From Candidatus Poribacteria bacterium (GTDB lineage Bacteria; Poribacteria; WGA-4E; WGA-3G): a DNA stretch of 64,000 bases. Below, piece after piece: positions 52,641-61,211 of the stretch. Below the pieces are notes generated by a model. The model was not told the origin of the DNA, made no database searches, and saw only the letters and a program-made list of their open reading frames with translations. The translations under genes and the position numbers were made by a program. Positions within the stretch are counted from its first letter, which is position 1; each line of letters starts with the position of its first letter. The stretch lies in the NCBI GenBank assembly GCA_965214095.1, contig OZ243938.1, positions 5,024,001-5,088,000 on the forward strand, written 5' to 3'.

Positions 52641-53786
52641 TTAATACTCGCGTTTATGCCAATCGTCTTCCCACAAGTTGAATGAACCTTCGCGATAGGG
52701 GTGTTGTGCGATGAGTTCCTCATTCAGTTTCATCCCAAGCCCCGGACCATCGGGTAGACTAAAGTATCCATCAATGACTTCGGGACAACCCGTTGCTGCT
52801 TCTTTTACCCATGCCTCAGAGAAATCGTTGAAATGCTCCTGAATTTTGAAGTTCGTGGTGCATGCGGCGAAGTGCAATGCAGTAGCAGTTGAGACTGGAC
52901 CACCAACATTGTGTGGTGCTACTGTCATATAACACATGTCCCCCATTGCAGCGATTTTCTTCGTTTCTAAGAATCCTCCCGTCTGTGTAATATCGGGTTG
53001 TAGGATATCTGCAGCTTGAAGGTTAATCAATTCGCGATACTCGTATTTATTGTGGAGACGTTCACCTGTGGCAACTGGTAGGTTGATACTATCGGATGCT
53101 TTTGCGAGTGCTGCGATGTTATCGGGAGGTACAGGTTCTTCAACCCAACTCGGTTTGAATTGTTCCAATTCTGCTGCGATTTCTATGGCTGTGTATGGAC
53201 TAAATCGACCATGCATCTCTACCAGTATTTCAACATCTGGTCCCACTGCACCACGCACAGCTTCTACAAGAGAAACGGATTTCAGTTTCTCCTCATAAGA
53301 GAGTTCATAGTAACCCGCTCCGAATGGATCAAATTTGAGTGCTTTATATCCTTTTTCAATCACTTTTTTGGCGGCATCGTGAAACTCCTCTGGTGTGCGT
53401 TCAACACGATACCAACCGTTGGCGTATGCTTTGATTTTATCACGGCAAGCACCCCCAAGCAGGCGATATACCGGTTGATTCAATGCTTTACCGATAATAT
53501 CCCAACATGCAATTTCAATGACGCTTATGCCAGTAGCGACGATTTCACCCGCGCGTCCATAGTCGTCACGAAACATGCGTTGATAAAGGTCTTCTGTATT
53601 AAACGGGTCACTTCCAATGACGTGCCTGCGTTTTGCACCGTCGATATAAGCCACAAGTGCGTCTGTGCGGTTATTCATACGCACTTCACTGATACCTGTT
53701 AAACCTTCATCGGTTTCAACTTTTACGAAGGTCAAATTCCGCCAACTTGTTCCCATGACAAGGGTAATAACATCTGTGATTTTCAT
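52641..53786 (-). CDS. Mandelate racemase/galactonate dehydratase-like enolase-superfamily enzyme
   Basis: LLGG..RDKIKAYANGW, KFD, EMH, EEP, GER, APHN, PGLG. Confidence 0.85.
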   Translation of the reverse strand: MKITDVITLVMGTSWRNLTFVKVETDEGLTGISEVRMNNRTDALVAYIDGAKRRHVIGSDPFNTEDLYQRMFRDDYGRAGEIVATGISVIEIACWDIIGKALNQPVYRLLGGACRDKIKAYANGWYRVERTPEEFHDAAKKVIEKGYKALKFDPFGAGYYELSYEEKLKSVSLVEAVRGAVGPDVEILVEMHGRFSPYTAIEIAAELEQFKPSWVEEPVPPDNIAALAKASDSINLPVATGERLHNKYEYRELINLQAADILQPDITQTGGFLETKKIAAMGDMCYMTVAPHNVGGPVSTATALHFAACTTNFKIQEHFNDFSEAWVKEAATGCPEVIDGYFSLPDGPGLGMKLNEELIAQHPYREGSFNLWEDDWHKREY

Positions 53787-55145
53787 CTAATTTCTCACTT
53801 CTCCTTCCGTAACTCTGCGTTGTCCACTGCCCTGTTGTGGTACGGGTTCAATCGTCGGTGCATCTTCTCCTGCTTCAACCATTCTACGTATCAATCTTTC
53901 ACGCATTGCCTCCGATACTGTTTCATGTGAACGCAATCCGATAAGATTTCGTAACTCGTACGGATCGGCTTGCAGGTCATAGAGGTATTGTTCAACATAT
54001 ACATCAGAACCACCACCACTACCACTTCCTTTAGGTGCATCTACGCAGTATTTCCATCGTTGTGTTCGCACCGACCGTCCGATTTGTGCTTCACTAATTT
54101 GGACAAACACCTCCTCTTGCCAATCCTCAGTCTCACCACGTGTAAGTGGAAGAATGGATCTTCCTTGCATCTCATCAGGAACTTCTAATCCTGCTGCATC
54201 CAGCAGTGTCGGGGGAAGGTCTACAAGACTTACAAGTTGTTGTATCTGTCCACCTCCTGTGAAATCTGCACCGTGAAATGCAGTCGGAACGCGTATAGAA
54301 CTTTCGTGACATGAACGTTTATATTCACTATTGCGAGTCTTGAAATGGCACCCGTGGTCTGAAGTGAACAGAATAATTGTATTATCTAAGAGATCAAGGC
54401 TTTTCAACGCATCCAATAGTCTTCCGAGTGCTTCATCAAGCCTTTTCACCATGCCATAGTAGCCACCTAAATGCTGGTGTGTTGATCCACCCAGCGCGGC
54501 AAGGTCAGGTGGTATCCATTTCCCCGTGTATCTTTCTCTATATCCATCTGGCGGTGGGTAATCGTCAAGATGGTTTTGGTGATGTGGTTCAATATAGGAT
54601 GTAAATAGATAGAAAGGATCGTCTTTGTTCTGGTCCACATACCTTATCACAGCATCGGTTAACGCATCTACACGGTAACCGGGTAAGTCAACAGGTTCAC
54701 CGTCATTATCAAATAGTCTTGTTTGGTATGCATCAGAAGTCATTTCCAAGACATTGGAGGCTAACCAATAATCGTATCCACCACGATTTTCTTGTGGAAC
54801 TGCACCAGTGCTACCTGTATGGAGGTGCCACTTGCCTATGTATCCAGTATTGTAGCCTGCATCTCCGAAGTGATGTGCGAGTGTTTTTAGGTCTGGCGAT
54901 AGTGGAATTCCGTTTCGGTGACATCCAGTTGTGGTCGCGTATAACCCTGTCTGCAAACATGATCGGGCAGGTCCACAGACGGGTTGGCATGTAAAGGATC
55001 GGCGGACATGTGTGCCTTGTTGTGCCATTCGGTCAAAGTTCGGCATCAAGTCAAGCGGATTACCGTGCAATCCTGATGTGTCCCACCGTTGTTGGTCAGT
55101 GAAAAAGACAATGACATTCGGTTGATTTTTGTCGGTTTGTGGCAT
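53787..55145 (-). CDS. Sulfatase (Cys-type, formylglycine-dependent)
   Basis: DQQR, CGPAR (CxPxR), GKWH, SDHG; upstream promoter TTGACA-17-TAAAAT. Confidence 0.93.
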   Translation of the reverse strand: MPQTDKNQPNVIVFFTDQQRWDTSGLHGNPLDLMPNFDRMAQQGTHVRRSFTCQPVCGPARSCLQTGLYATTTGCHRNGIPLSPDLKTLAHHFGDAGYNTGYIGKWHLHTGSTGAVPQENRGGYDYWLASNVLEMTSDAYQTRLFDNDGEPVDLPGYRVDALTDAVIRYVDQNKDDPFYLFTSYIEPHHQNHLDDYPPPDGYRERYTGKWIPPDLAALGGSTHQHLGGYYGMVKRLDEALGRLLDALKSLDLLDNTIILFTSDHGCHFKTRNSEYKRSCHESSIRVPTAFHGADFTGGGQIQQLVSLVDLPPTLLDAAGLEVPDEMQGRSILPLTRGETEDWQEEVFVQISEAQIGRSVRTQRWKYCVDAPKGSGSGGGSDVYVEQYLYDLQADPYELRNLIGLRSHETVSEAMRERLIRRMVEAGEDAPTIEPVPQQGSGQRRVTEGEVRN

Positions 55146-55297
55146 ATCTCTGTTTTCCTCTCTATTCAGTTTGGCTTATGTTATTTTAATGATTTGTATA
55201 ATGGATGTCAAGTAGAAAGTGGAAGTAATCTTAGGGATACAGATGTAGGTGAAAAATGCAGTAAACAGTGATATAATTCCCAATTAGGTATAGATAG

Positions 55298-55957
55298 ATG
55301 AAAAACCTTTTGTTTGATTATCCCAGAAAAGACACTATAATTCAGATAGGTGATAGACAAATCAAACTCACGATTGTTGATGATCCAGATCGATTCTTGG
55401 ATACATTGAGTCGTGAGGATTGTGATGGGAGACTGTATCTACCGTACTGGACATACCTCTGGGAATCTTCTATAGGACTGGCACGTCACGCATCTGAGTT
55501 GGGTAATACAATTGCCGGACAACATATCCTTGAGATCGGTTGTGGTTTTGGACTTGCAGGAATAGTTGCCAGCCAAGTGGGAGCAGAGGTGATTTTTTCA
55601 GATTTTGAATATGATGCTCTTCTATTTGCACAACACAATGCACAGCAAAATGGTATTCGTTCTGTAGATTATGTTCAGGTGGATTGGAATACGCCGTGCT
55701 TTCAATGTCAATTTGATGTCATACTTGCATCTGATGTGATATATGAGGAACAGAATTGGCACCCCATAGTTCAATTACTAAAGAACTATCTAAAACCTGA
55801 TGGCATTGCTATTTTTTCTGAACCGAATCGCAAAAACGCAGGTGGATTTTTCAAAGATATTCGTAAAAACGGATTTACCTTTGAAAAATTCACTTGCTTT
55901 GTCACGTTAGACAATAAGGAAAGACAGGTTAACCTATACACAATTCAAAGGAATTAG
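55298..55957 (+). CDS. Class I SAM methyltransferase (Methyltransf_16/METTL21-like)
   Basis: LPYWTYLWESS, LEIGCGFG, SDFE, DW, ASDVIYE. Confidence 0.85.
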   Translation: MKNLLFDYPRKDTIIQIGDRQIKLTIVDDPDRFLDTLSREDCDGRLYLPYWTYLWESSIGLARHASELGNTIAGQHILEIGCGFGLAGIVASQVGAEVIFSDFEYDALLFAQHNAQQNGIRSVDYVQVDWNTPCFQCQFDVILASDVIYEEQNWHPIVQLLKNYLKPDGIAIFSEPNRKNAGGFFKDIRKNGFTFEKFTCFVTLDNKERQVNLYTIQRN

Positions 55958-58161
55958 TCAGAATTCTCATCCTCAGGTTGTTTTGCTGGATGAATTTCAT
56001 AAGTGGTTCCCTTGTAAGAAACAATCACATGTTTTCCTATTGAAAGATATTGTGAGATATCAGGTTCTTTCTTTAGCAGATCAAAATATGCATCGGTACC
56101 AAATTCAATCTTCTTGGTCTTTGTCTCAGATTTATATGTGGTATCAACCCAAACACCATCTTTAAGATGGAAGGTTTTATTTTTCACCTGCTTAATTGTA
56201 ATTGCCGTTTCTGCTAACTGCTCACCTTTCTGGAGTTTTTGTAACTCTATACTTTCTAGAACCACCATTTCTCTTGCGCTTGGTGCAGTTACAGGTTGTA
56301 CCAAATCAACATTAACTCTCGATTCACTGACCTTTGGAGCATGGGTACTAACAGATCGTGCCATTTTTGCATAAAGATCTGATCTCCCTCTTTGTGAGCG
56401 ACTTAAAACTGGATTCTGTTTCTGTTCTTCTGTTACAAGAAATGACGTGTAAGGCGTCATGATCCCGTACTTTTCGCTGAGTCGCACAATTTCCTCTTCC
56501 AATTCCTTATTTTCTCCGTTTAGCCTAACTTCGTCAACAAGATATGCAACCTTACGTTGTGCCCACAACCTTGGGAGAAATTGGTGATCGGACTCATTCT
56601 TTGGGAACTTTGCATTATTGGAGAATTCCTTTCTTTCTCCGTTGATGTCTCCATGCAAAATCAATTCAGATTTCCCGCTGCCTACATATCTGCCAAGTAC
56701 AGTCAACTGGGAACCGCGAAATAGATGTGGTAACTTCCGCGGATAGAGATTTTTTGTTTTTATGTTCTCTATTTCCAAATCCAAATTGACGAGAATAGGT
56801 TCGCTCACCTTTGTGTAGAAAGATGAAACAACGACCTCTAAATCTTCTTGCGGTTTGACATACTGACGTGTGCCACCGTTTTGTTCAGCCATTTTGTCAA
56901 GTAGATTGACGTTTACATCGTATCCGACACCGAAAACGAATATACGCGATTTATCCCCATTTCTTCCAGAGACATTCTTGAGAATTTGCGTGGCATCTGT
57001 TACACCGACAGTTGCTTCTCCATCAGTGAGAAAGACTACGATGCGCGGTCGTTTTGGGTCTGGTGTGTCGGATATAGCAGCAAGTAGTGCGTCATTGATA
57101 TTTGTGCCGCCAGTCCCTGTAATATCATCAATAAACTCAATTGCATTTTTGCGTTCCTTTTTGACAGAAACTAATTCTTTAGAAAACGGTTCAACATCTG
57201 TATTGAAAAGGATGAGGTTAAATCGGTCTCCATCGTTTAGATTTTCTACACAAAAACGGAGTGCCTTTTTCGCTTGCTCTATTTTAGGTCCTTTCATGCT
57301 TCCAGAACGGTCAAGAATAAAGATAAAGTCTTTTTCAATTATCTTTTTCTTATCAATCTCATATTTTGGAGAGATAAGGAGCATAAAAAAGCCATCTTCA
57401 TCTGGATCATCGCGATGGGTTATTAGGTCAATCCCGAAATCTTTGTCGGATAGGGAATAGTAGCAGGCAAAATCTCGTACAACATTAACATTATTTCCCT
57501 CATAACTGATTGTCGCACGATGATCATCTTTGCGATTAACTGCAACTTCATGTGAGGGGGAATAGATTGTCTTGAGTTCATGCTTGCTCTTTAGGTCAAT
57601 TGAAACGGAGAGACTACCAACAGGAAAATTCGTGAATTTGTCGGTTTTTAGTGGATATGTATATCTTGCTAATGCCGAATCTACACCTATAACCTGAGAG
57701 TATTCCAATTGGATACGTCTTTCTCCGTTTGGAGGAATTGGGAACACTCTTGCCTGAAATGCACGAGTGCCGACATACTCCAACAGTGCGGGGTCTTGCA
57801 TGGAACGGACAATCCCTTCATAGATACTCTTTGCTTTTGCTTTCGCGAGTAGTTCTGCTTTTACAGGTTGTCCATCTATGTATAGCACAAAATTTGAAAT
57901 GGCAACTTCATCTTGTAATGGAAAGAGATATGTGCCTTCAAGTTGCATGTTGTTTGGATTAGCGAATACCTGATCAATTTTCGTTGTTGCGAGCTGGTTG
58001 TCAATAGAAACGTTCACATGGTGTTTTTCAATTCTTAGGTTTTGGATTTGCGGTGCACGTCGTCCAGTCGTCCTGATTATTATGCCTTGTGCCTCAGCAA
58101 ATTGGACTACTCCCGCGAGGAGTAGTATTAATATGGTCGTGAGGAAATTTAATTTTCTCAT
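55954..58161 (-). CDS. Secreted VIT + VWA domain protein (inter-alpha-trypsin inhibitor-like)
   Basis: Signal peptide, VIT (QVFANP..EGTYLFP...DPALLE), MIDAS DRSGS, TNI, LTDG, WAQRKV, TPYTSFL. Confidence 0.92.
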   Translation of the reverse strand: MRKLNFLTTILILLLAGVVQFAEAQGIIIRTTGRRAPQIQNLRIEKHHVNVSIDNQLATTKIDQVFANPNNMQLEGTYLFPLQDEVAISNFVLYIDGQPVKAELLAKAKAKSIYEGIVRSMQDPALLEYVGTRAFQARVFPIPPNGERRIQLEYSQVIGVDSALARYTYPLKTDKFTNFPVGSLSVSIDLKSKHELKTIYSPSHEVAVNRKDDHRATISYEGNNVNVVRDFACYYSLSDKDFGIDLITHRDDPDEDGFFMLLISPKYEIDKKKIIEKDFIFILDRSGSMKGPKIEQAKKALRFCVENLNDGDRFNLILFNTDVEPFSKELVSVKKERKNAIEFIDDITGTGGTNINDALLAAISDTPDPKRPRIVVFLTDGEATVGVTDATQILKNVSGRNGDKSRIFVFGVGYDVNVNLLDKMAEQNGGTRQYVKPQEDLEVVVSSFYTKVSEPILVNLDLEIENIKTKNLYPRKLPHLFRGSQLTVLGRYVGSGKSELILHGDINGERKEFSNNAKFPKNESDHQFLPRLWAQRKVAYLVDEVRLNGENKELEEEIVRLSEKYGIMTPYTSFLVTEEQKQNPVLSRSQRGRSDLYAKMARSVSTHAPKVSESRVNVDLVQPVTAPSAREMVVLESIELQKLQKGEQLAETAITIKQVKNKTFHLKDGVWVDTTYKSETKTKKIEFGTDAYFDLLKKEPDISQYLSIGKHVIVSYKGTTYEIHPAKQPEDENSD

Positions 58162-58566
58162 CTAATCTTCGGGCAGGAGACCCAATCCTTTAGGTTTGGG
58201 AGGAATGCCCGCTCCTATGTTTTTCTTGACAATAAATGTCAAACTTGCTAAAATATATTCGGAAAGTTCAATCACACGTAGTCGTGTGTGAGGTTGTCCG
58301 CAGTCTTTGGTGCTATATGTTGCGGAGCATAAAACTGAAAAACATATACGCTCTCACTACCATAGACACATAACAATTGAGTGGTAGGGACATGGGAGGT
58401 AAAAAACCCAGTCCGAAAACACACTCTCAAATAATAAGTTGCTCTTTTAGAGCAAGTGAGGTTGCTTAGAACCCACTGTGGAGACGAAATAAGACGGATG
58501 ATCCTTTTGGTGAAACGCAACGTCTATGAAGCACAAGTCCAACCCTTTAGGTTTGGGTACTATGAC
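58162..58566 (+). mobile_element. Non-autonomous IS200/IS605-family element B (405 bp, no ORF) with internal promoter and omegaRNA-like cargo
   Basis: Target TCAT, guide GAGA at +16..+19, hairpin CCCAATCCT-TT-AGGTTTGGG; RE guide CAAG, hairpin, end TGAC; empty site rebuilds GGAGG-6nt-ATG. Confidence 0.88.
58226..58254 (+). promoter_or_regulatory. sigma70 promoter inside element B
   Basis: TTGACA-17bp-TAAAAT. Confidence 0.75.
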
Positions 58567-58582
58567 TGGAGACCTCCATCGT
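58260..58582 (+). ncRNA. Putative standalone TnpB-type omegaRNA/reRNA with long structured 5' part; 3' guide from flanking DNA
   Basis: 3' module ctgtggagacg...cgtctatgaagcacaag plus RE hairpin resembles tnpB 3' ends; hairpins cacacg/cgtgtg, ccgcag/ttgcgg, ttgctc/gagcaa. Confidence 0.6.
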
Positions 58583-58627
58583 AATGTAAGGTTTGTCAGA
58601 AAGACTTTGTCAATTTTAAGAACAGAA

Positions 58628-60955
58628 TTAACTTGTCTGCATCGCTTCTAAATCCATCAAACGACGTGCCTTCCGTACAAGCTTGAACAATTCTTTTTCC
58701 TGCTCTTCACTTTCGGAATTCTTAGACTGTAGTTGAGGTAGAATGCCTTTGAGAATTCGCTGCACTGCACCTAAACTACCATCCTTTGCCCAATAACTTT
58801 CGCGTAGGATTTCAGCGAATTGTGCGACTGAGGCAGCAACCTGAAAATCCGGTGTAGTATCTTCAAATGAATCTTTCAGGTCTTCAACGCTGATTTTTTC
58901 ATTGACTTCCGTCACCTCTGCTGTGTCAGGATCTTCATGCCGAATAAAGACAGTGGCAAGTTTCTCTTTATCCACATTCTTGCAGAGTTTGACTTCATAG
59001 AGTGCGGTAACACTGTGTCCCGAACCGATTTCACCCGCATCTGCTTCATCGTTACGGAAATCTTCGTGTTCCATCTGACGGTTCTCGTACCCTAACAATC
59101 GGAACCGACTGACTGTATCCTCGTTGAATTCCACCTGAATTTTCGCATCCTTTGCAATAACCTGAAGCGTGCCTGTCAGATTTTGCACAAAGATTCGTTT
59201 CGCTTCTCTGAGGCTGTCAACGTAGGCATAATTTCCGTTGCCTTTCTTGGCAAGTTCTTCCATTAGGACATCGTTGAAATTGCCCATGCCGAACCCGACT
59301 GTAGTGAGGTAAATATCATCTTGATCCACATAATCACGGATTTCTTTGAGTAGCATAGCGGGATCTGTTACCCCTTGGTTTGCCACGCCATCTGAGCATA
59401 AGATAACACGATTGATACAACCTTTTTCCGCATTCTTACTGGCAAGTTCATATCCTTTGTGTATCCCGTCTTCAACATTGGTTACACCTTCAGGACATAG
59501 AGCATCAATTGCATTCAAAATATGTTTTCGGTTCACTGCACTTGTATGTGGCAGAACAACCCGTGCATCTGTGCCGTAGACAACAATGCCGATCTTATCA
59601 TTCGGACCAAGTTGCTCTACTAAGAGACGTAACGCTTTCTTCACAAGACCTAATCGATTTTCCATACCCATTGAACCGGATACATCTATGACAAATGTTA
59701 GATTTGCATCCTTTCGGTCAGTATCTTCTATGATTTTTCCTTGAATACCGATACGGACTAATTGGAGTCTTTTACCGTTTCCAAATTTTGAGGGTGCCCC
59801 TTCAATGTGAACGGCAAATGCATCTTCTGTTGGCGGTGTGTAGTTGTAATCAAACGCATTGATAAATTCCTCAACTCTGACAGACTCTGGTTGTGGGAGA
59901 TTGCCATCGTGGAGAAAACGACGCATGACTGCGTAAGATGCAGAATCTGTGTCCATAGCAAAGGTAGAAAACTTGTCATCTTCTGTGTCAATGAAAGGAT
60001 TGGTGCCATGTCCTTTGAAGAATACATCGTGATATGCAGTTCCGTTTGGTGGGGTTAATCCCAATCTTGACACGGACTGTCTGCGTAACACAGATTGCTC
60101 CATGAGCCTTTCAGTACCTCTCACATTCAGAGGTATAGACCTTGATAGTCGCTGTTCCATTAGCTCTGGAGAAGAATTCGCCTTAACGAGAGAATCCATT
60201 GCAACACCAACACGTCCGCTGCGGAATTCTAGTTCAGATACTTCTGACAATCCAAAATCTTCTTCAAATGAGAGGAGTTCTGCAGCTGTACGTGGACGTT
60301 CAACCAAGGAATATGAACATACAAAGTTTTTGTCTAACTGGACATCGTTGCTTTGGTAGGTCAGTTTCGCAAGCCCTTCAGATTCTTGGTCAATCTTGAC
60401 AGCGTGTGAAGGGGAATTGACAGTTTTTATCCCAATTCCATTATCTATAACTATGGACATCTCAAAATTACCAACAGATTGGTTGCTTTTTAATGGATGC
60501 GTGTAGGTGATATTTTCATCAGTAAAATTTAGACGTTCATCATACCTTATCTGAACACTACACGCGCCTCTAGCAGGAATCTTTAACACCTTCGTCTGTA
60601 AGTGTGAAGATGTAATCGACTCTAAAATGTCAGCATCTGAAGTCTGGAAGGCATCCCCATATATCTCTTTTAATTTTTTCTTATTTGCCAGTTTAATAGG
60701 AATTACCTTTTTATCAATACGGACTTCATATCCCTTGTTTCTTTCCTGTTTAGGTTGTGGAATAATGAACACACCCTCAACTGGCGAATTATTTGGATTT
60801 CTGAAAACGACTTCAACATCCGTCTGAGTAATTGCGTTTTGAATTCGGACATTCAAAAGGTAGTGTTCAATAAGCAGCTTTTCAAACTTGCGGGTTTCAT
60901 CTGGACGTTGAAGAAATAAAGTTTGTGCTAATGCACGAAGTTCTGATTTTTTCAT
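58628..60955 (-). CDS. VIT-like + YfbK-type VWA (DUF3520) protein
   Basis: FSTFAMDTDSASY, VRVEEFINAFDY, MIDAS DVSGS, SDGVAN, IAKDAKIQVEFN, RLLGYENR. Confidence 0.9.
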   Translation of the reverse strand: MKKSELRALAQTLFLQRPDETRKFEKLLIEHYLLNVRIQNAITQTDVEVVFRNPNNSPVEGVFIIPQPKQERNKGYEVRIDKKVIPIKLANKKKLKEIYGDAFQTSDADILESITSSHLQTKVLKIPARGACSVQIRYDERLNFTDENITYTHPLKSNQSVGNFEMSIVIDNGIGIKTVNSPSHAVKIDQESEGLAKLTYQSNDVQLDKNFVCSYSLVERPRTAAELLSFEEDFGLSEVSELEFRSGRVGVAMDSLVKANSSPELMEQRLSRSIPLNVRGTERLMEQSVLRRQSVSRLGLTPPNGTAYHDVFFKGHGTNPFIDTEDDKFSTFAMDTDSASYAVMRRFLHDGNLPQPESVRVEEFINAFDYNYTPPTEDAFAVHIEGAPSKFGNGKRLQLVRIGIQGKIIEDTDRKDANLTFVIDVSGSMGMENRLGLVKKALRLLVEQLGPNDKIGIVVYGTDARVVLPHTSAVNRKHILNAIDALCPEGVTNVEDGIHKGYELASKNAEKGCINRVILCSDGVANQGVTDPAMLLKEIRDYVDQDDIYLTTVGFGMGNFNDVLMEELAKKGNGNYAYVDSLREAKRIFVQNLTGTLQVIAKDAKIQVEFNEDTVSRFRLLGYENRQMEHEDFRNDEADAGEIGSGHSVTALYEVKLCKNVDKEKLATVFIRHEDPDTAEVTEVNEKISVEDLKDSFEDTTPDFQVAASVAQFAEILRESYWAKDGSLGAVQRILKGILPQLQSKNSESEEQEKELFKLVRKARRLMDLEAMQTS

Positions 60956-61211
60956 CGTGATCTCCTTTATTGTATTTTTGGGTTTGTGATTTGTGTGACT
61001 TAGTTGTAAATGGAAGAGTTGTTTTGCATTTAGTTGGAATATATCTTAAACGCAATATGGGAAGAGAAAAGGTATCTCAACTCTACAATTACGCTAAGAC
61101 GTTTTAGTGGCAAAAAGGTTTAATATATTTGGAAGTAAATCATGGTATCAGACAGAACATAGGGCGGGCACAAGGTCCGCCCTATAATCTACAAGGAACT
61201 AAGCAGAAAGA

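Noticed and set aside
58272-58520. 82-aa ORF inside element B as a tnpA/tnpB remnant
   Set aside because: No HUH/Y1, zinc-finger or RuvC motifs, no RBS, and antisense to the internal promoter.
58162-58566. IStron (group I intron-IS hybrid) that splices out to restore the RBS
   Set aside because: The host gene is antisense to the element's LE-to-RE strand, and I could not identify group I core motifs.
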